Positions 25,497 to 39,369 are shown, numbered from the stretch's first letter. The stretch: 64,000 nucleotides of DNA from Mustelus asterias (GCF_964213995.1 NW_027590187.1:744001-808000); one strand, 5' to 3'. Numbers and translations: made by a program. The notes: generated by a model not told the origin, from the sequence alone.

Positions 25497-25504
25497 AATG
25501 GACT

Positions 25505-25645
25505 TTTAACACTACATTCTGCACCCTCTCCTTTTCTTCTGCTCTATGTGCTGTATGAACTGTCTGCTTTGTCTGTATAGCACGCAAGTAAACAATACTT
25601 TTCACTGTAAACCAATACATGTGACAATAATAAATCAAATCAAAC
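25505..25645 (+). mobile_element. Rex1/Babar LINE 3' tail following tRNA-Leu
   Basis: actacattctgcac.ctctcc...acatgtgacaataataaatcaaatcaaa, as at 52550-52672. Confidence 0.75.
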
Positions 25646-25944
25646 CCAGTACCATTGATAGTGGGATCCATAAATCCAAGTCCAAATTGACTCCTGCCAT
25701 CAGATCATCACAGTGTCAATCTCACAATAGAGCAGCCTTAGCTCCAAATTAAATATATGATAAAACTGACACATGGAATCTAATTAAAAGTTACACAATG
25801 AACATTAATAATGTACTCTGAGATTCAACTTAAATACATCACGCAAATCAGGGGTTTTGAATTGATTGTACTAATGGCCACAGTGAATATTCACAAATAC
25901 ATTTGATACAAATCCAAATCTGAAACACATTCTCAGATTGAGGT

Positions 25945-26085
25945 ATGATTTGATTTATTATCGTCACATGTATTAGTAAATAGTGAAAAGTATTGTTTCT
26001 TGCGTGCTATACAGACAAAGCATACCATTCACAGAGAAGGATAGGAGAGAGTGCAGAATGCAGTGTTACAGTCATAGCTAGGGTG
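25945..26085 (-). mobile_element. Rex1/Babar 3' tail fragment
   Basis: tgatttgatttattatcgtcacatg...gtgcagaatgcagtgttacagtcatagc. Confidence 0.7.
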
Positions 26086-26889
26086 CTGAGGCCATCTTCA
26101 CCGCCCCATATGGAACAGTGTGAGTGAGAGGAAACAGAGAGTAGTGGTTAATGGTTGTGTTTCAGACTGGAAGAAGGTTTCTAGTGGAGTTTTCAGAGTA
26201 ACTTCATGCAGTGTTAATGTAAGCCCTACTTGTGACACAAATAAATAAAATTTACAAGTGGCACTGGGGAATGTTCCAGCACAGATTGCCCTGTGGCTGT
26301 GCCTGGGCAAGTCAGTGTCCTGGATAGAGCACTTTCCGGGGCACAGAGCATTGTTTTTATTAATTCATGTGATGTGGGCATCACTGGCTTGTTAGGCCAT
26401 TTCAGAGGGCACTTAAGAGTCAACCACATTGCTGTGTGTCTGGAGTCGATAGAACCAATGCTCGCTTTAACTCTTTTATTGTCTAAATACCTACGTCTGT
26501 AGTAGGGATTGTACTATTGTACTATTGTACTATTGTTTAAATACCTACAGAAACTCTGACTATCCACCTTCATGTTACTGGCTGCTTGTCATCTTCAGCT
26601 TGTTAATTTCCTGATAAACTCAGCATTAAAAATTGTTTGTGGACAATTCAACATTCCCACCATCCTCTATCAAGAAGCTTTTCCTGAAATTAAATAAGGG
26701 GATCAGGGATTATGGGGAAAAGGCAGAACAGTGGGGATGAGAAAAATATCAGCTATGCTTCATTGGCAGAGCAGACTCAAGTGGCCGAGTGGCCTAATTC
26801 TTATGTCTTATATTCTTATATCTTATGGTCTAAATTATCCCTGAAATATCTCACTCTCATTTTACGGTGAGGTTCCCCCATTCAGAGCG

Positions 26890-29800
26890 AACATAGAACA
26901 TAGAACAGTACAGCACAGAACAGGCCCTTCAGCCCACGATGTTGTGCCGAGCTTTATCTGAAACCAAGATCAAGCTATCCCACTCCCTATCATCCTGGTG
27001 TGCTCCATGTGCCTATCCAATAACCGCTTAAATGTTCCAAAAGTGTCTGACTCCACTATCACTGCAGGCAGTCCATTCCACACCCCAACCACTCTCTGCG
27101 TAAAGAACCTACCTCTGATATCCTTCCTGTATCTCCCACCACGAACCCTATAGTTTTGCCCCCTTGTAATAGCTCCATCCACCCGAGGAAATAGTCTTTG
27201 AACGTTCACTCGATCTATCCCCTTCATCATTTTGTAAACCTCTATTAAGTCTCCCCTCAGCCTCCTCCGCTCCAGAGAGAACAGCCCTAGCTCCCACAAC
27301 CTTTCCTCATAAGACCTACCCTCCAAACCAGGCAGCATCCTGGTAAATCTCCTCTGCAATCTTTCCAGCGCTTCCACATCCTTCCTATAGTGAGGTGACC
27401 AGAACTGCACACAATACTCCAAGGTCCTGTACAGTTGCAGCATAACCCCACGGCTCTTAAACTCCAACCCCCTGTTAATAAAAGCTAACACACTATAGGC
27501 CTTCTTCACAGCTCTATCCACTTGAGTGGCAACATTTAGAGATCTGTGGATATGAACCCCAAGATCTCTCTGTTCCTCCACAGTCTTCAGAACCCTACCT
27601 TTGACTCTGTAATCCACATTTAAATTAGTCCTACCAAAATGAATCACCTCACATTTATCAGTCCAAAGATGTGCGGGTTAGGTTGATTGGCCAGGTTAAA
27701 AATTGCCCCTTAGAGTCCTGCGATGCGTAGGTTAGAGAGATTAGCGGGTAAATATGTGGGGGTAGGGCCTGGGTGGGATTGTGGTCGGTGCAGACTCGAT
27801 GGGCCGAATGGCCTCCTTCTGCACTGTAGGGTTTCTATGGTTTCAACTCCATTTGCCATTTTTCAGCCCAGCTTTGCATCCTATCTATGTCTCTTTGCAG
27901 CCTACAACAGCCCTCCACCTCAACCACTACTCCACCAATCTTGGTGTCATCAGCAAATTTACTGATCCACCCTTCAGCCCCCTCCTCTAAGTCATTAGTA
28001 AAAATTTACAAAGAGCAGTGGACCAAGCACTGATCCCTGCGGCACTCCGCAAGCAACCTGCCTCCAGTCCGAAAATTTTCCATCGACCACCACCCTCTGT
28101 CTTCGATCAGACAGCCAGTTACCTATCCAATCGGCCAACTTTCCCTCTATCCCACACCTCCTCACTTTCATCATAAGCCGACCATGGGGGACCTTATCAA
28201 ACGCCTTACTAAAATCCATGTATATGACATCAACTGCCCTACCTTCATCAACACACTTAGTTACCTCCTCAAAAAATTCTATCAAATTTGTGAGGCACGA
28301 CTTGCCCTTCACGAATCCATGCTGACTATCCTGGATTAATCCGCATCTTTCTAAATGGTCATAAATCCCATCTCTAAGGACCTTTTCCATCAATTTACCA
28401 ACCACCGAAGTAAGACTAACCGGTCTATAATTACCAGGGTCATTTCTATTCCCTTTCTTAAACAGAGGAACAACATTCGCCATTCTCCAGTCCTCTGGCA
28501 CCATCCCCGTGGACAGCGAGGACCCAAAGATCAAAGCCAAAGGCTCTGCAATCTCATCCCTTGCCTCCCAAAGAATCCTCGGATACATTTCATCAGGCCC
28601 AGGGGACTTATCGACCTTCAGTTTATTCAAAACTGCCAGGACATCCTCCCTCCAAACATCTATTTCCTCCAGCCTATTCGCCTGTAACACCTTCTCTTCC
28701 TCAAAAACATGGCCCCTCTCCTTGGTCAACACTGAAGAAAAGTATTCATTCATCACCTCGCCTATCTCTACTGACTCCATACACAAGTTCCCACTACTGT
28801 CCTTGACCGGCCCTAACCTCACCCTGGTCATTCTTTTATTCCTCACATCAGAGTAAAAAGCCTTGGGGTTTTCCTTGATCCGACCCGCCAAGGACTTCTT
28901 GTGTCCCCTCCTAGCTCTCCTAAGCCCCTTTTTCAGCTCATTCCTTGCTAACTTGTAACCCTTAATCGAGCCATCTGAACCTTGTTTCCTCATCCCTACA
29001 TAAGCTTCCCTCTTCCTTTTCACAAGACATTCCACCTCTTTCGTGAACCATGGTTCCCTCACTCGGCCATTTCCTCCCTGCCTGACAGGGACATACCTAT
29101 CAAGGACATCCAGTATTTGTTCCTTGAAAAAGTTCCACTTTTCATTAGTTCCTTTCCCTGACAGTTTCTGTTCCCATCTTCTGCCCCCTAATTCTTGCCT
29201 AATCGCATCATAATTACCTCTCCCCCAATTGTAAACCTTGCCCTGCCGTACGGCCCTATCCCTCGCCATTGCAATAACAAAAGACACCGAATTGTGGTCA
29301 CTATCTCCAAAGTGCTCTCCCACAACCAAATCTAACACTTTGCCCGGTTCATTTCCCAGTACCAAATCCAATGTGGCCTCACCTCTTGTCGGCCTATCCA
29401 CATATTGTGTCAGGAAACCCTCCTGTACACACTGCACAAAAACTGCCCCATCCGAACTATTTGACCTACAAAGGTACCAATCAATATTTGGAAAGTTAAA
29501 GTCCCCCATGACAACTACCCTGTGACCCCCACACATATCCATAATCTGCTTAGCAATTTCTTCCTCCACATCTCTATTACTATTTGGGGGCCTATAGTAA
29601 ACTCCTAACAACGTGACCGCTCCTTTCCTATTTCTACCCTCAGCCCATATTACCTCAGTGAGCAGATCCCCCTCGAAGTGCCTTTCCGCAGCAGTTAAAC
29701 TATCCTTGATTAACAATGCCACTCCTCCACCTCTTTTACCAGCTTCCCTACACTTAGTGAAACATCTATACCCCGGAACATCCAGCAACCATTCCTGTCC

Positions 29801-30732
29801 TTGTTCTACCCACGTCTCCATAATGGCCACAACATCGTAGTCCCAAGTACCAATCCACGCCCCAACTTCATCTACCTTGTTCCGGATGCTCCTTGCATCG
29901 AAGTAGACACACTTCAACCCACCTTCCTGTCTACCGGTACCCACCCTTGACCCTGATACCTTCCCCAATACCTCACCACCCTCACTGACTTTTGGACTAC
30001 AACTCCTTTTCCCACTCCCCTGACAAATTAGTTTAAACCCCCCTGAAGAGCCGTAACAAATTTCCCTCCCAGGACATTGGTGCCCCTCTGGTTCAGGTGC
30101 ACCCTGTCCTGTTTGTCCAGGTCCCACCTTCCCCAGAATGTGTTCCAATTATCCACGTATCTAAAACCCTCCCTCCTACACCATCCCTGCAACCACATGT
30201 TTAACTGCACTCTCTCCCTGTTCCTCAACTCGCTATCACGTGGCAACGTACCAGAGATGACCACATGTTTTGTCTTGGTTCTCAGCTTCCAGCCCAGCTC
30301 CAGAAATTCCTGCTTTAAATCCCCGTCCCTTCTCTTACCTATGTCATTGGTACCAATGTGTACCACGACTTGTGACTGTTTCCCCTCCCCCTTCAGAATC
30401 CGGAAAACACGGTCTGAGACGTCACGGACCTTGGCATCCGGTAGGCAACATACCATCCGTGAGTCTCTTTTGCTGCCACAGAACCTCCTATCTATCCCTC
30501 TAACTAACGAGTCCCCAATTACTATTGCCCTCCTGCTCTGCCCCTTACCCTCCCGAGCCACAGAGACGGACACAGTGCTGGAGATCCTCTCACTGCGGCT
30601 CACCACTGGTATGTCATCCCCCTCAACCGTATCCAAAGCGGAATACTTGTTGCTAAGGGGAACGACCACCGGGGATCCCTGCACGGACTGCTTTCTCCCA
30701 GCCCCTCTCACCGTCACCCATCTGTCTTCATT
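26890..30732 (-). mobile_element. Long CR1 LINE: ORF1 SGNH esterase part + ORF2 (APE endonuclease + RT), frameshifted and SINE-interrupted
   Basis: ORF 30028..30717: IVIGDSLVRG, VHIGTNDIG, D.VHLN. ORF 27995..30148: ARSIRNK, ETW, GVYYRPP, GDFN, LDLVL, SDHN and RT motifs. ORF 26970..27647 is the C-terminus. Confidence 0.95.
27661..27843 (+). mobile_element. HE1 SINE 3' fragment nested antisense in CR1 ORF2
   Basis: Matches 40947-41126; absent from the sister CR1 at ~17960. Confidence 0.85.
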
Positions 30733-31039
30733 CTAACAGTTTATCTCTCTGCACCCTATCAAATCATTCACTGTAAACATCTCACTCACATCACCACTTA
30801 GTCTTCCATGTTCAGGTTATTACAGGACTAGTCTTTGCAATCTGTCCTCATCATTTGAGTCTGGCATCACTGGTGAAATTCTGCTGCTCCCACTCCAAGG
30901 CCAATCTAATCTTCCTGGGATGAACACAGTGATCTAAATGGGGTCTGAACAGAGTTTTCTGCAACTGTAACACAAATTCCAATCCTTCATAGACTATTAG
31001 CTTTATTACTTCACCTACCAGTTAATGATGTCTGGACAC

Positions 31040-31407
31040 TGGGGGAGGTGATGGCCGAGTGGTATTATCACTGTGCTATTAATTCAGAAACTCAGCTCAT
31101 GTTCTGGGGACCCGGGTTCGAATCCTGCCACGGCAGTTGATGGAATTTAAATTTGATCAAAAAATATCTGGAATTAAGAATCTGCTGATGACCGTGAAGC
31201 TATTGTCGATTGTCAGAAAATCCTATCTGGTTCACTTCCTTTCGGGAGAAAATCTGCCGTCCTTACCCGGTATGGCCGTCATGTGACTCCAGAGCCACAG
31301 CACTGTGGTTGACTCTCAACTGTCCTCTGAACAAGGGCAACTCAGGATGTGCATTAAATGCTGGCCAGTCAGCGATGCCCATGTCCCACAAATGAATTTT
31401 AAAAAAA
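31040..31407 (+). mobile_element. tRNA-derived SINE (second family), near full length
   Basis: GGGGAGGTGATGGCCGAGTGG...GGGTTCGAATCC head; body shared with 1608-1945; A-rich end. Confidence 0.75.
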
Positions 31408-32419
31408 CACGGCCCTCTGTTTGTCTGCAGTTTCCTGCATCTCGCCACAAACATAACCACTCTGCTCTACTACATCACAAGGACGTTTCAAACTAAATGT
31501 GTTCCCAAGGATAATCTGTTTCTGTCACTATGAACTTTTCTCGTTGTTCTTTCAGCCGGTGTAAATCCAGAGAATGGAAGGGATGGAGGGAAAAATCTTT
31601 CCCGAATCCTATTTGATCATCATTCCAATAACATTTGGGTGAGGAAATCTAATCGTCAGTCTCTGTGAAAAGCTGTATCCGGCACCTTCCTATTCGATGG
31701 TTAGAATGTAAAATGGAATAACTTCGACTGCTGTTTGTGTCTCCTGTCCTGTAAACCAAACACTGACCCAGAATTCACTCACTGCCTTCGCTTTGTGCTG
31801 AAAACTGTTATTATTCTGTTATTTTCACAGCTCCTAAATGACCTCATTAGCGGCTATTTTTCGCGGTAACGGTCCCTTCCCTCAATTCCTGAAATGTTCA
31901 TTGATTCATCATTTTATTCACAGTAATTCTCCGCAGGGTAACATTCCGGAGTGGGATTATTACAGAGCGGAATAAGGACAGTGTGCGGACTCGATCCGGC
32001 TCCCTGTTTTCTGTGAAGGAGAGTGGGTTCTGATTGAAGACGAAACGGAGTGTTTTCCTTCTGGGAATGCTGTGAACAGGGATTGATTCCCGCCCGGGAC
32101 AGTTAGAAAGCGATAGGAGAATGAAGCACATTGAAAGAAAATGTTAAAGCCGCGCCTGCGATTGGTGACGGGAAGAGCTGAATAAAAGCAAATCAATAGA
32201 AGGGATTTGAAATCTCTGACTGAGGGCGACATTGATTTGAATTCGCTCCTTTCCCACAATGAAATTGGCGGGCTTTTGGAAATGGACAAATTCTCTGCTT
32301 CTGCCGGTTGTTGTGGGGAAATCCCGCCCTCTTCTGTTTCCAGTGAGCTGATTGGTGAAGAATATAGGCAAATGAGGTGAATAGAGCAGCGGCCAATCAG
32401 AGGAGCTGTCAGTTTATAA

Positions 32420-32869
<450 letters not shown>

Positions 32870-32899
32870 AGCGACCATTCTTTAATCTGATAACCCAAA

Positions 32900-32915
32900 G
32901 GCTCTTTTCAGAGCC
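32900..32915 (+). promoter_or_regulatory. Histone 3' stem-loop (H2A copy 2)
   Basis: GGCTCTTTTCAGAGCC. Confidence 0.95.
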
Positions 32916-33598
32916 ACTCACTTTATCTGAAAAAGGGCGACCTGGTGTCTATCGGTCAGTTTCTGCACTGCTATTCATAGCACAGCTGTTTCCCGCTTTG
33001 TTCTATCAATCTGTACTATTGACACATACAGTATTTTAATGCAAGTCGCTGCTGTTTATTGGGGAAACTATCCCAGTGAACATAAATGATCCTATTTCAA
33101 ATATAATTGCTTTAAAATGTGATAATCTGCGAGGACATTCATCTGCAGCCCATCGGTTTTCAAAGTCAGTCACTATCTGGAAAAGTGTTAATGTCTATGC
33201 GAATGTGCAAGCGTTTCTGCAATGGCTATATCGGTGTGAGTGGGTTACTGTTTGAGATATGCTTCATATTCTGAACCTAATTGACGCAATTTTCAACACT
33301 CGCTGCGACTCGAAACATGTGCGAAGAAAGTGGATTTGCGGAATTATTGCTCGGAAACTGAAATGATCGCAGGTTTAATAAAACCACTTTAAAATTGAAT
33401 TGCGGTAGAACTGTTAACGGCATCGCTTTTACTCTAACCATCAAAGGATTGGAGATATGAGTGACCTCAATGCAACGGAGAGTTAATTGTTAGCATGGAG
33501 AGGTTTCGGTACTGGAGTCCTGGGAATATTCTGTCCTGGGAATTCAAACACTAGAATCGTTAACAGGAGATCGCAGCTCTTTCATTTGCCGATTTGGT

Positions 33599-33614
33599 GG
33601 CTCTTAAAAGAGCC
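33599..33614 (-). promoter_or_regulatory. Histone 3' stem-loop (H3) + canonical HDE
   Basis: Reverse complement GGCTCTTTTAAGAGCC-ACCAA...GAAAGAGCTG. Confidence 0.95.
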
Positions 33615-33643
33615 GTTGTTGGACTTGATGCTGAAGTCGGGGT

Positions 33644-34177
<534 letters not shown>

Positions 34178-34469
34178 TCAAACTCTGACCGGGGAATTAA
34201 TGTCTGTAACTCAGGTTCTGATTAGTTCAGTTGTTTTGTTAACCGCGCCTTTCAGAAATTGGGCCGTTTTCGATGCAGGAAATAGCCGTCTGTATAAAAG
34301 ACTTTATCCCGTCCTTATTAAAACAAACATTACTCGAAATATTGAAGATTTGAAGTCGATCTCCCTGCACTTAGTGCTTTAGACCCTTTTCCCGCTCTCT
34401 GGGCTGTTCATTCCCAGAATCTCCCGCTGTTCCACTCGATCCCTGTCCCTTTCCTCACCAGCCCATTCA

Positions 34470-34920
34470 GATTTCCCCTCTCCTGCCGCTTGTAACATTC
34501 GCCGCCGTTTCCGGGGGACAGGATCAGAAATCCTTCTCTGTGTCTCCCTGACGCCGGTGTGAAAGGGGTTGAGTCTGTTGTTTGTTACAGAGAGTGACTT
34601 CATATTTGTCCCGTTTGACATTACTGAATAGAGCCGTTTGCCGCCCGTGGCGGACAAATGTTCACAAATGAAACCTCTTTGTAAAATAATCTTACAGCAG
34701 AATATTAATTGAGAATCTATTTTTAATAAGTTAAGAATTTGTCTCAATTCCCTTTCCCGCGCTGAAATTGGCGGCATTTCCCCAATTCAAAATTTCTGCT
34801 GGTTGACAGTTGAAGCCAATGATTGGCTCAATGTTCACATTCGATGCTCTGCGATTGGTTCAGAGCTGCGAATGCGGAGAGGATGGCCAATCAGAAGCAG
34901 GCTGGGGTTGGAGCGGCTCA
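34470..34920. promoter_or_regulatory. Diverged third copy of the CCAAT/E2F module, between H3 and H4
   Basis: ttgtaacattc...gggacaggatcagaaatc (cf. 23389-23432), TTTCCCGC at 34753, TGAAATTGGCGG at 34763, CCAAT/ATTGG cluster at 34816-34891. Confidence 0.5.
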
Positions 34921-35345
34921 AACTGCGGGAATTGCGGTTTTGTGAATGACTGAGCGGAAACTGATCAGTTTCACAAAGCCTGTCAGTTTCAGTGCAGGAA
35001 ACAACCGTCTGGGGTCAAATAGCATCACAACTGGGACTGGTCCCAGTGAACGATTCACCGGCTGCTGCTACTAAACTCCGCTATTCCAGAGAAAGCTTTT
35101 ATAAACTCGATCCAAACACTGAGTGATTAAACAGGCGTTTCACTGAGGGCACATGTCAACTGGGGGCTGCTCAGACAATCCACTTAAAAATTTCAAAAAC
35201 AATTCCCATCGCCGCTCCAAATGAAATGTTAAATTCGGTGATTCCCGCACTGTAACCTAAACAAAACAAACATGCATCTCAAACACTGAACAGCCTGTCC
35301 CAGCTGCCGTTCCCAGGTCACTGCTCTCTCTGTGAAGCGGTGAGT

Positions 35346-35361
35346 GGCTCTTAAAAGAGCC
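35346..35361 (-). promoter_or_regulatory. Histone 3' stem-loop (H4)
   Basis: Reverse complement AAAGGCTCTTTTAAGAGCCACTCA. Confidence 0.95.
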
Positions 35362-35395
35362 TTTGTTGTGTGTTCGGGAGAAAGGATCGAGTTGT

Positions 35396-35716
<321 letters not shown>

Positions 35717-36538
35717 TCACTCAGATCACTGCACAATATGAGAGAGGAACTCTTTCAGGCTCCTTTCATACAGCCCGCACCGACCTGACTGAGAAAGGCG
35801 GAGTGAGAGCAGAGAGGGGAGGAGACAGAGTGAAGATTAAACACAGAGCGGGAGGGAGGAGAGAGCCGGACTGACACACACACACAGAACGGCCCCTGAT
35901 CTTTCAGCTCCACCTCCAGTTTCTGCAACCGCCAATTTCAACCCGTTTAATAACAATGGAAGCGAAACACAGCTCCCCACACAAACCCTTCGAGAGCCGC
36001 CCTTCACAGTCAAGAGTTTCCACAAACCTGGAGCTTTGAAATATGGAATCAAAACAGAAAATGCTGCAAATAATCAGCAGCTCCCGCAGCTTTTGTGAAG
36101 AGGGAGTTAACGAGTCGGTTCGTGACTTTTTGCTTTTGTGTTTAAAACCTGGCCCCGTTATGATTCCCAGTCAGTAATATTCCGACTTAAACACAGCAAG
36201 AATCGAGGAAGAATCTCCCTCAGGAACATCCTCACCCACATCCGCTTCCAGCTGTTTACAAATACCTTATTGCAGCTGTTTGGGGAAATCTCCTGTGTTA
36301 AAATTGAAGTTGGAAAGCGGTATTTAGCCGCCAGTGTTACTGTCTCACACTGAATCTACCAGACATCTTCATTATGAGAGAAAGTGGCGATTGAACAAAT
36401 GTGAAATTCAAATGAAATTCAGCCTCTGCTGTGTTTTGCTTTAGTCTGAATTTGAAATGATCTCTATTGAGAATGAGCCGAGCCGCGGGACAGGAATCAT
36501 TTTCTCGCGGGATCAGCTCTTTCCTGAGAGATGTGGGT

Positions 36539-36554
36539 GGCTCTGAGAAGAGCC
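36539..36554 (-). promoter_or_regulatory. Histone 3' stem-loop (H1) + HDE
   Basis: Reverse complement GGCTCTTCTCAGAGCC-ACCCA...GAAAGAGCTG. Confidence 0.95.
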
Positions 36555-36590
36555 TTTGGGTTCAGAGGTTTACAATTTGCTCGGGTTGTT

Positions 36591-37241
36591 TCACTTCTTT
36601 CCTGGCGCTTTCTTCGCTTTTGCTGCTTTCACTTTGGGTTTGGCCTTGGATTTAGTTACTTTTTTGACAGACTTTCCGCCCGTCACCTTCTTCACAGGAG
36701 ACTTTTTCTTCAGGGCTGCTTTCTTCACCGCCTTTTTTGGAGTTGCCGCCTTCTTGCTGCTTGTTTTCTTCACTGTTGATTTCTTCACTGGAGTTTTCTT
36801 TGCTGCGGGTTTCTTGGCTGCTGCTTTCTTTGTTGTCAGCTTCTTGGCCGCTGTTTTCTTTACTAAAGATTTCTTGGCTGTTGGTGTCTTCACCTTCTTT
36901 CCCATTTTCCCCGGGCTTTCCTTCTTAGCGAGTTTGAAGGAGCCGGAGGCGCCCTGTCCCTTTATCTGCACCAGAGACCCTGTCTCCACCTTCCTCTTGA
37001 TCGTTAACCTGATCTGGGAGACGCGCTTCCCCACATCCACTCCGCTGCCAGACAAAGCTTTCTTTATCGCGGCCAGGGACATCCCCTTGCGATCGCGGCA
37101 TCCCGCCACAACATTGAGGATCTGCTCGCCCAACTTGGGACCGGCTGCCGCAGGTCGGGGAGCCGCCTTCTTCTTCCTGGGAGACTTCACTTGAGCGGGA
37201 GCGGCTGGAGGAGCCGTTTCGGCGGCTGCAGTTTCAGTCAT
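36591..37241 (-). CDS. H1: Replication-dependent linker histone H1 (216 aa)
   Basis: MTETAAAETAPP..., globular domain (G.SLAAIKKAL...LVQ.KG.GASGSFKL) and K/A/P-rich tail with S/TPxK motifs; ATG at 37241. Confidence 0.96.
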   Translation of the reverse strand: MTETAAAETAPPAAPAQVKSPRKKKAAPRPAAAGPKLGEQILNVVAGCRDRKGMSLAAIKKALSGSGVDVGKRVSQIRLTIKRKVETGSLVQIKGQGASGSFKLAKKESPGKMGKKVKTPTAKKSLVKKTAAKKLTTKKAAAKKPAAKKTPVKKSTVKKTSSKKAATPKKAVKKAALKKKSPVKKVTGGKSVKKVTKSKAKPKVKAAKAKKAPGKK

Positions 37242-37385
37242 ATCCGAGAGTGTGTGGAAAATCTGTGTGAGAGTCAGAACTGGATCCGAAATGAACCCAG
37301 TGGTGGCGGCACAGAGCAACTTAAAGGCAGAGAGCGGACGGAGCAGAGACAAGCTGCTGTCAGCTCCCGGCTCCTCCAGCCTCTC

Positions 37386-37392
37386 TGTGTTT
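37386..37392 (-). promoter_or_regulatory. H1 box (AAACACA)
   Basis: TGTGTTT about 145 bp upstream of the H1 ATG; established H1-specific promoter element. Confidence 0.7.
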
Positions 37393-37719
37393 CTCTCTCC
37401 TCACAAACTCTCCCATTCCAATGAAATTCCGCCTCTCCAGAGATCCAGCTCACATCCTTCATGTCTCTGACACACGAATGTTTGCTGTTGAAAAGGTTTC
37501 ACTCGAACTGAGGACTCCATTTTCCACTGAAACCCGTTTTACTGCTGCACTGATCGCGCTCTCACACGCGATAGCTGACATGTTCTCTACTTTGCCACTG
37601 AATTCTTCAATTTAGCGAAACAATTGCCTTGAAATCTAACTTTGGGGCTCAGCAGGGGGATTGGGGGGAATCTTTGATTGAAAATCGTTTTATTTTACAC
37701 AAGAGAGACTCGGAGATCT

Positions 37720-37870
37720 CATGATCAGAACAGACACACAAACACAGTTGGATTAGTCTGACCCGCCCGCTCCTTTCATACACTCTCTCTTACACAATAT
37801 TCACATCTACACATTCACAGGACAAAACTTTCACCAACTGTAAGGTCCCAGGACGGAATTTCTCCTCCTT
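37720..37870. repeat. ~150-bp segment with an inverted copy at 39852-40002
   Basis: Direct reverse-complement match read by eye. Confidence 0.9.
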
Positions 37871-38844
37871 CCGGCCTTTGCTCCGGATTCCAGGGGGTTA
37901 GTTATAGTTTTTCATCTCAGTAACTGTTAAACACTCTGAAGCCCGCTCCCTGCAGATTGCCTTTGAATTCATTCATGGAATGTGAGTGTCGCTGTCTGGG
38001 TCAGCATTTATTGCCCATCCCTAATTGCCCTTGGGAAGGTGGTGATGAGCTGCCTTCTGGAACCGCTGCAGTTCATGTGGTGTGGGACGACATCTGTTTA
38101 CCAGATTCCGTGGCCAGAGCTAATAATATCTGGGGGGGTTTCAGTTATTATAGTGATTGCAGACATCATTGTGTCTTTCGGGTGAAAATACAAATTATTT
38201 GCTCTCGGAGTCTCTAGATTTCCTGTTTTATTTGTTTCTTCTGCACTGACAGGTAACAGTAAATCACAACCTCAACAACCAGTGACAGCCAGTTAAATAA
38301 TCATCCCCCACTCGCTGAAAGTGAAGTTTCTGATAGTGATGGACAGTTTCCGACCATCCTCCGATTGGGCCTGAGGAAACCAGATTCACTGTCAAAGCTG
38401 AACTTTGTTACAGAAGGGGTGGAAGAGCCAGGTGAGCGATGGTGGTGGAGTAGTGACTGTGCGAGCATTTGACCAAGAGTCAGTTCCTGACCATCACAGT
38501 GGTGATTTATTTAATTAACAATCGCAGGTCACAACAGCAGGTGGGCACTCCTAAAATAAAATTCACGAAAGATTCTCACCATCACTGTGGTTCTAATGGA
38601 AAATCCAGCTTCAATTTACTTTGTGGAAACTTTGTTAAAATGAAAGAACAGGCCTCAAAACTAATCAATGAGTTCTCAGTCAGAAACAATAGTAAAAAGG
38701 TGGCTGAAACTGTCCAGAAAAACGAGAAAAGCCAAGTTCAGTTTACAAACTGTGCCATGGATACACCAAATGTCTGATGAAATCAGCAGCGAAGGTAGTT
38801 CCTAATTATAACTATTGAAAAGAAGGGCTGTTTGAGCAGATTGA

Positions 38845-38916
38845 GTGATGGTGGTATAGTGGTGAGCACAGCTACCTTCCAAACAATTGACCCGAGTTCG
38901 ATTCCCGGCTATCACA
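38845..38916 (+). pseudogene. tRNA-Gly(TCC), probably a pseudogene
   Basis: GTGATGGTGGTATAGTGGTGAGCACAGCTACCTTCCAAACAATTGACCCGAGTTCGATTCCCGGCTATCACA; acceptor stem pairs, anticodon stem has ~3 mismatches. Confidence 0.8.
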
Positions 38917-39227
38917 TTGATAGTTTATGTAGAACCTTGTCCACGGTTTCTTGTGTTTTAAACCGAGTGGACAAAAACAGTACGAACGCAACATTTGACA
39001 GGAATGAAATAAAATAATAAAAAGTTTCATTTTTTTCTTCGGACGTAATTCGTTTCAAATGAAAAATTATTGAAATAGAAAACCAAATCTCTGACCTAAT
39101 AAATGAGTTCTCCATCAGAGACAAAGATAAAATTACAGCTCACACACTGTGCTCTGCACAATCCTGGTACCTGATGAAGTTAATATGAACGTTATTGGGG
39201 TGGTTCAATCATTCTGACACATGTGCA

Positions 39228-39259
39228 GCTGCAATGACTGAGTGGTTAAGGCTTTGGAC
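39228..39259 (+). pseudogene. 5' remnant of a Ser/Leu-type tRNA
   Basis: GCTGCAATGACTGAGTGGTTAAGGCTTTGGAC resembles GCTGTGATGGCCGAGTGGTTAAGGCGTTGGAC. Confidence 0.4.
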
Positions 39260-39369
39260 ATCGGCATTGCTGTCCAGAGCACACATTCAAACTGTGGTAA
39301 TTATACAATACATGGCAGCATTGTGAACAGTGAGGGGGTACTGCTGAAGCTCAAAGTTCCTGATACAGC

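Noticed and set aside
34735-34750. AATTTGTCT resembling the U7 snRNA Sm site (also ~61289)
   Set aside because: It lacks the full AAUUUGUCUAG, a convincing HDE-complementary 5' end and the 3' hairpin.
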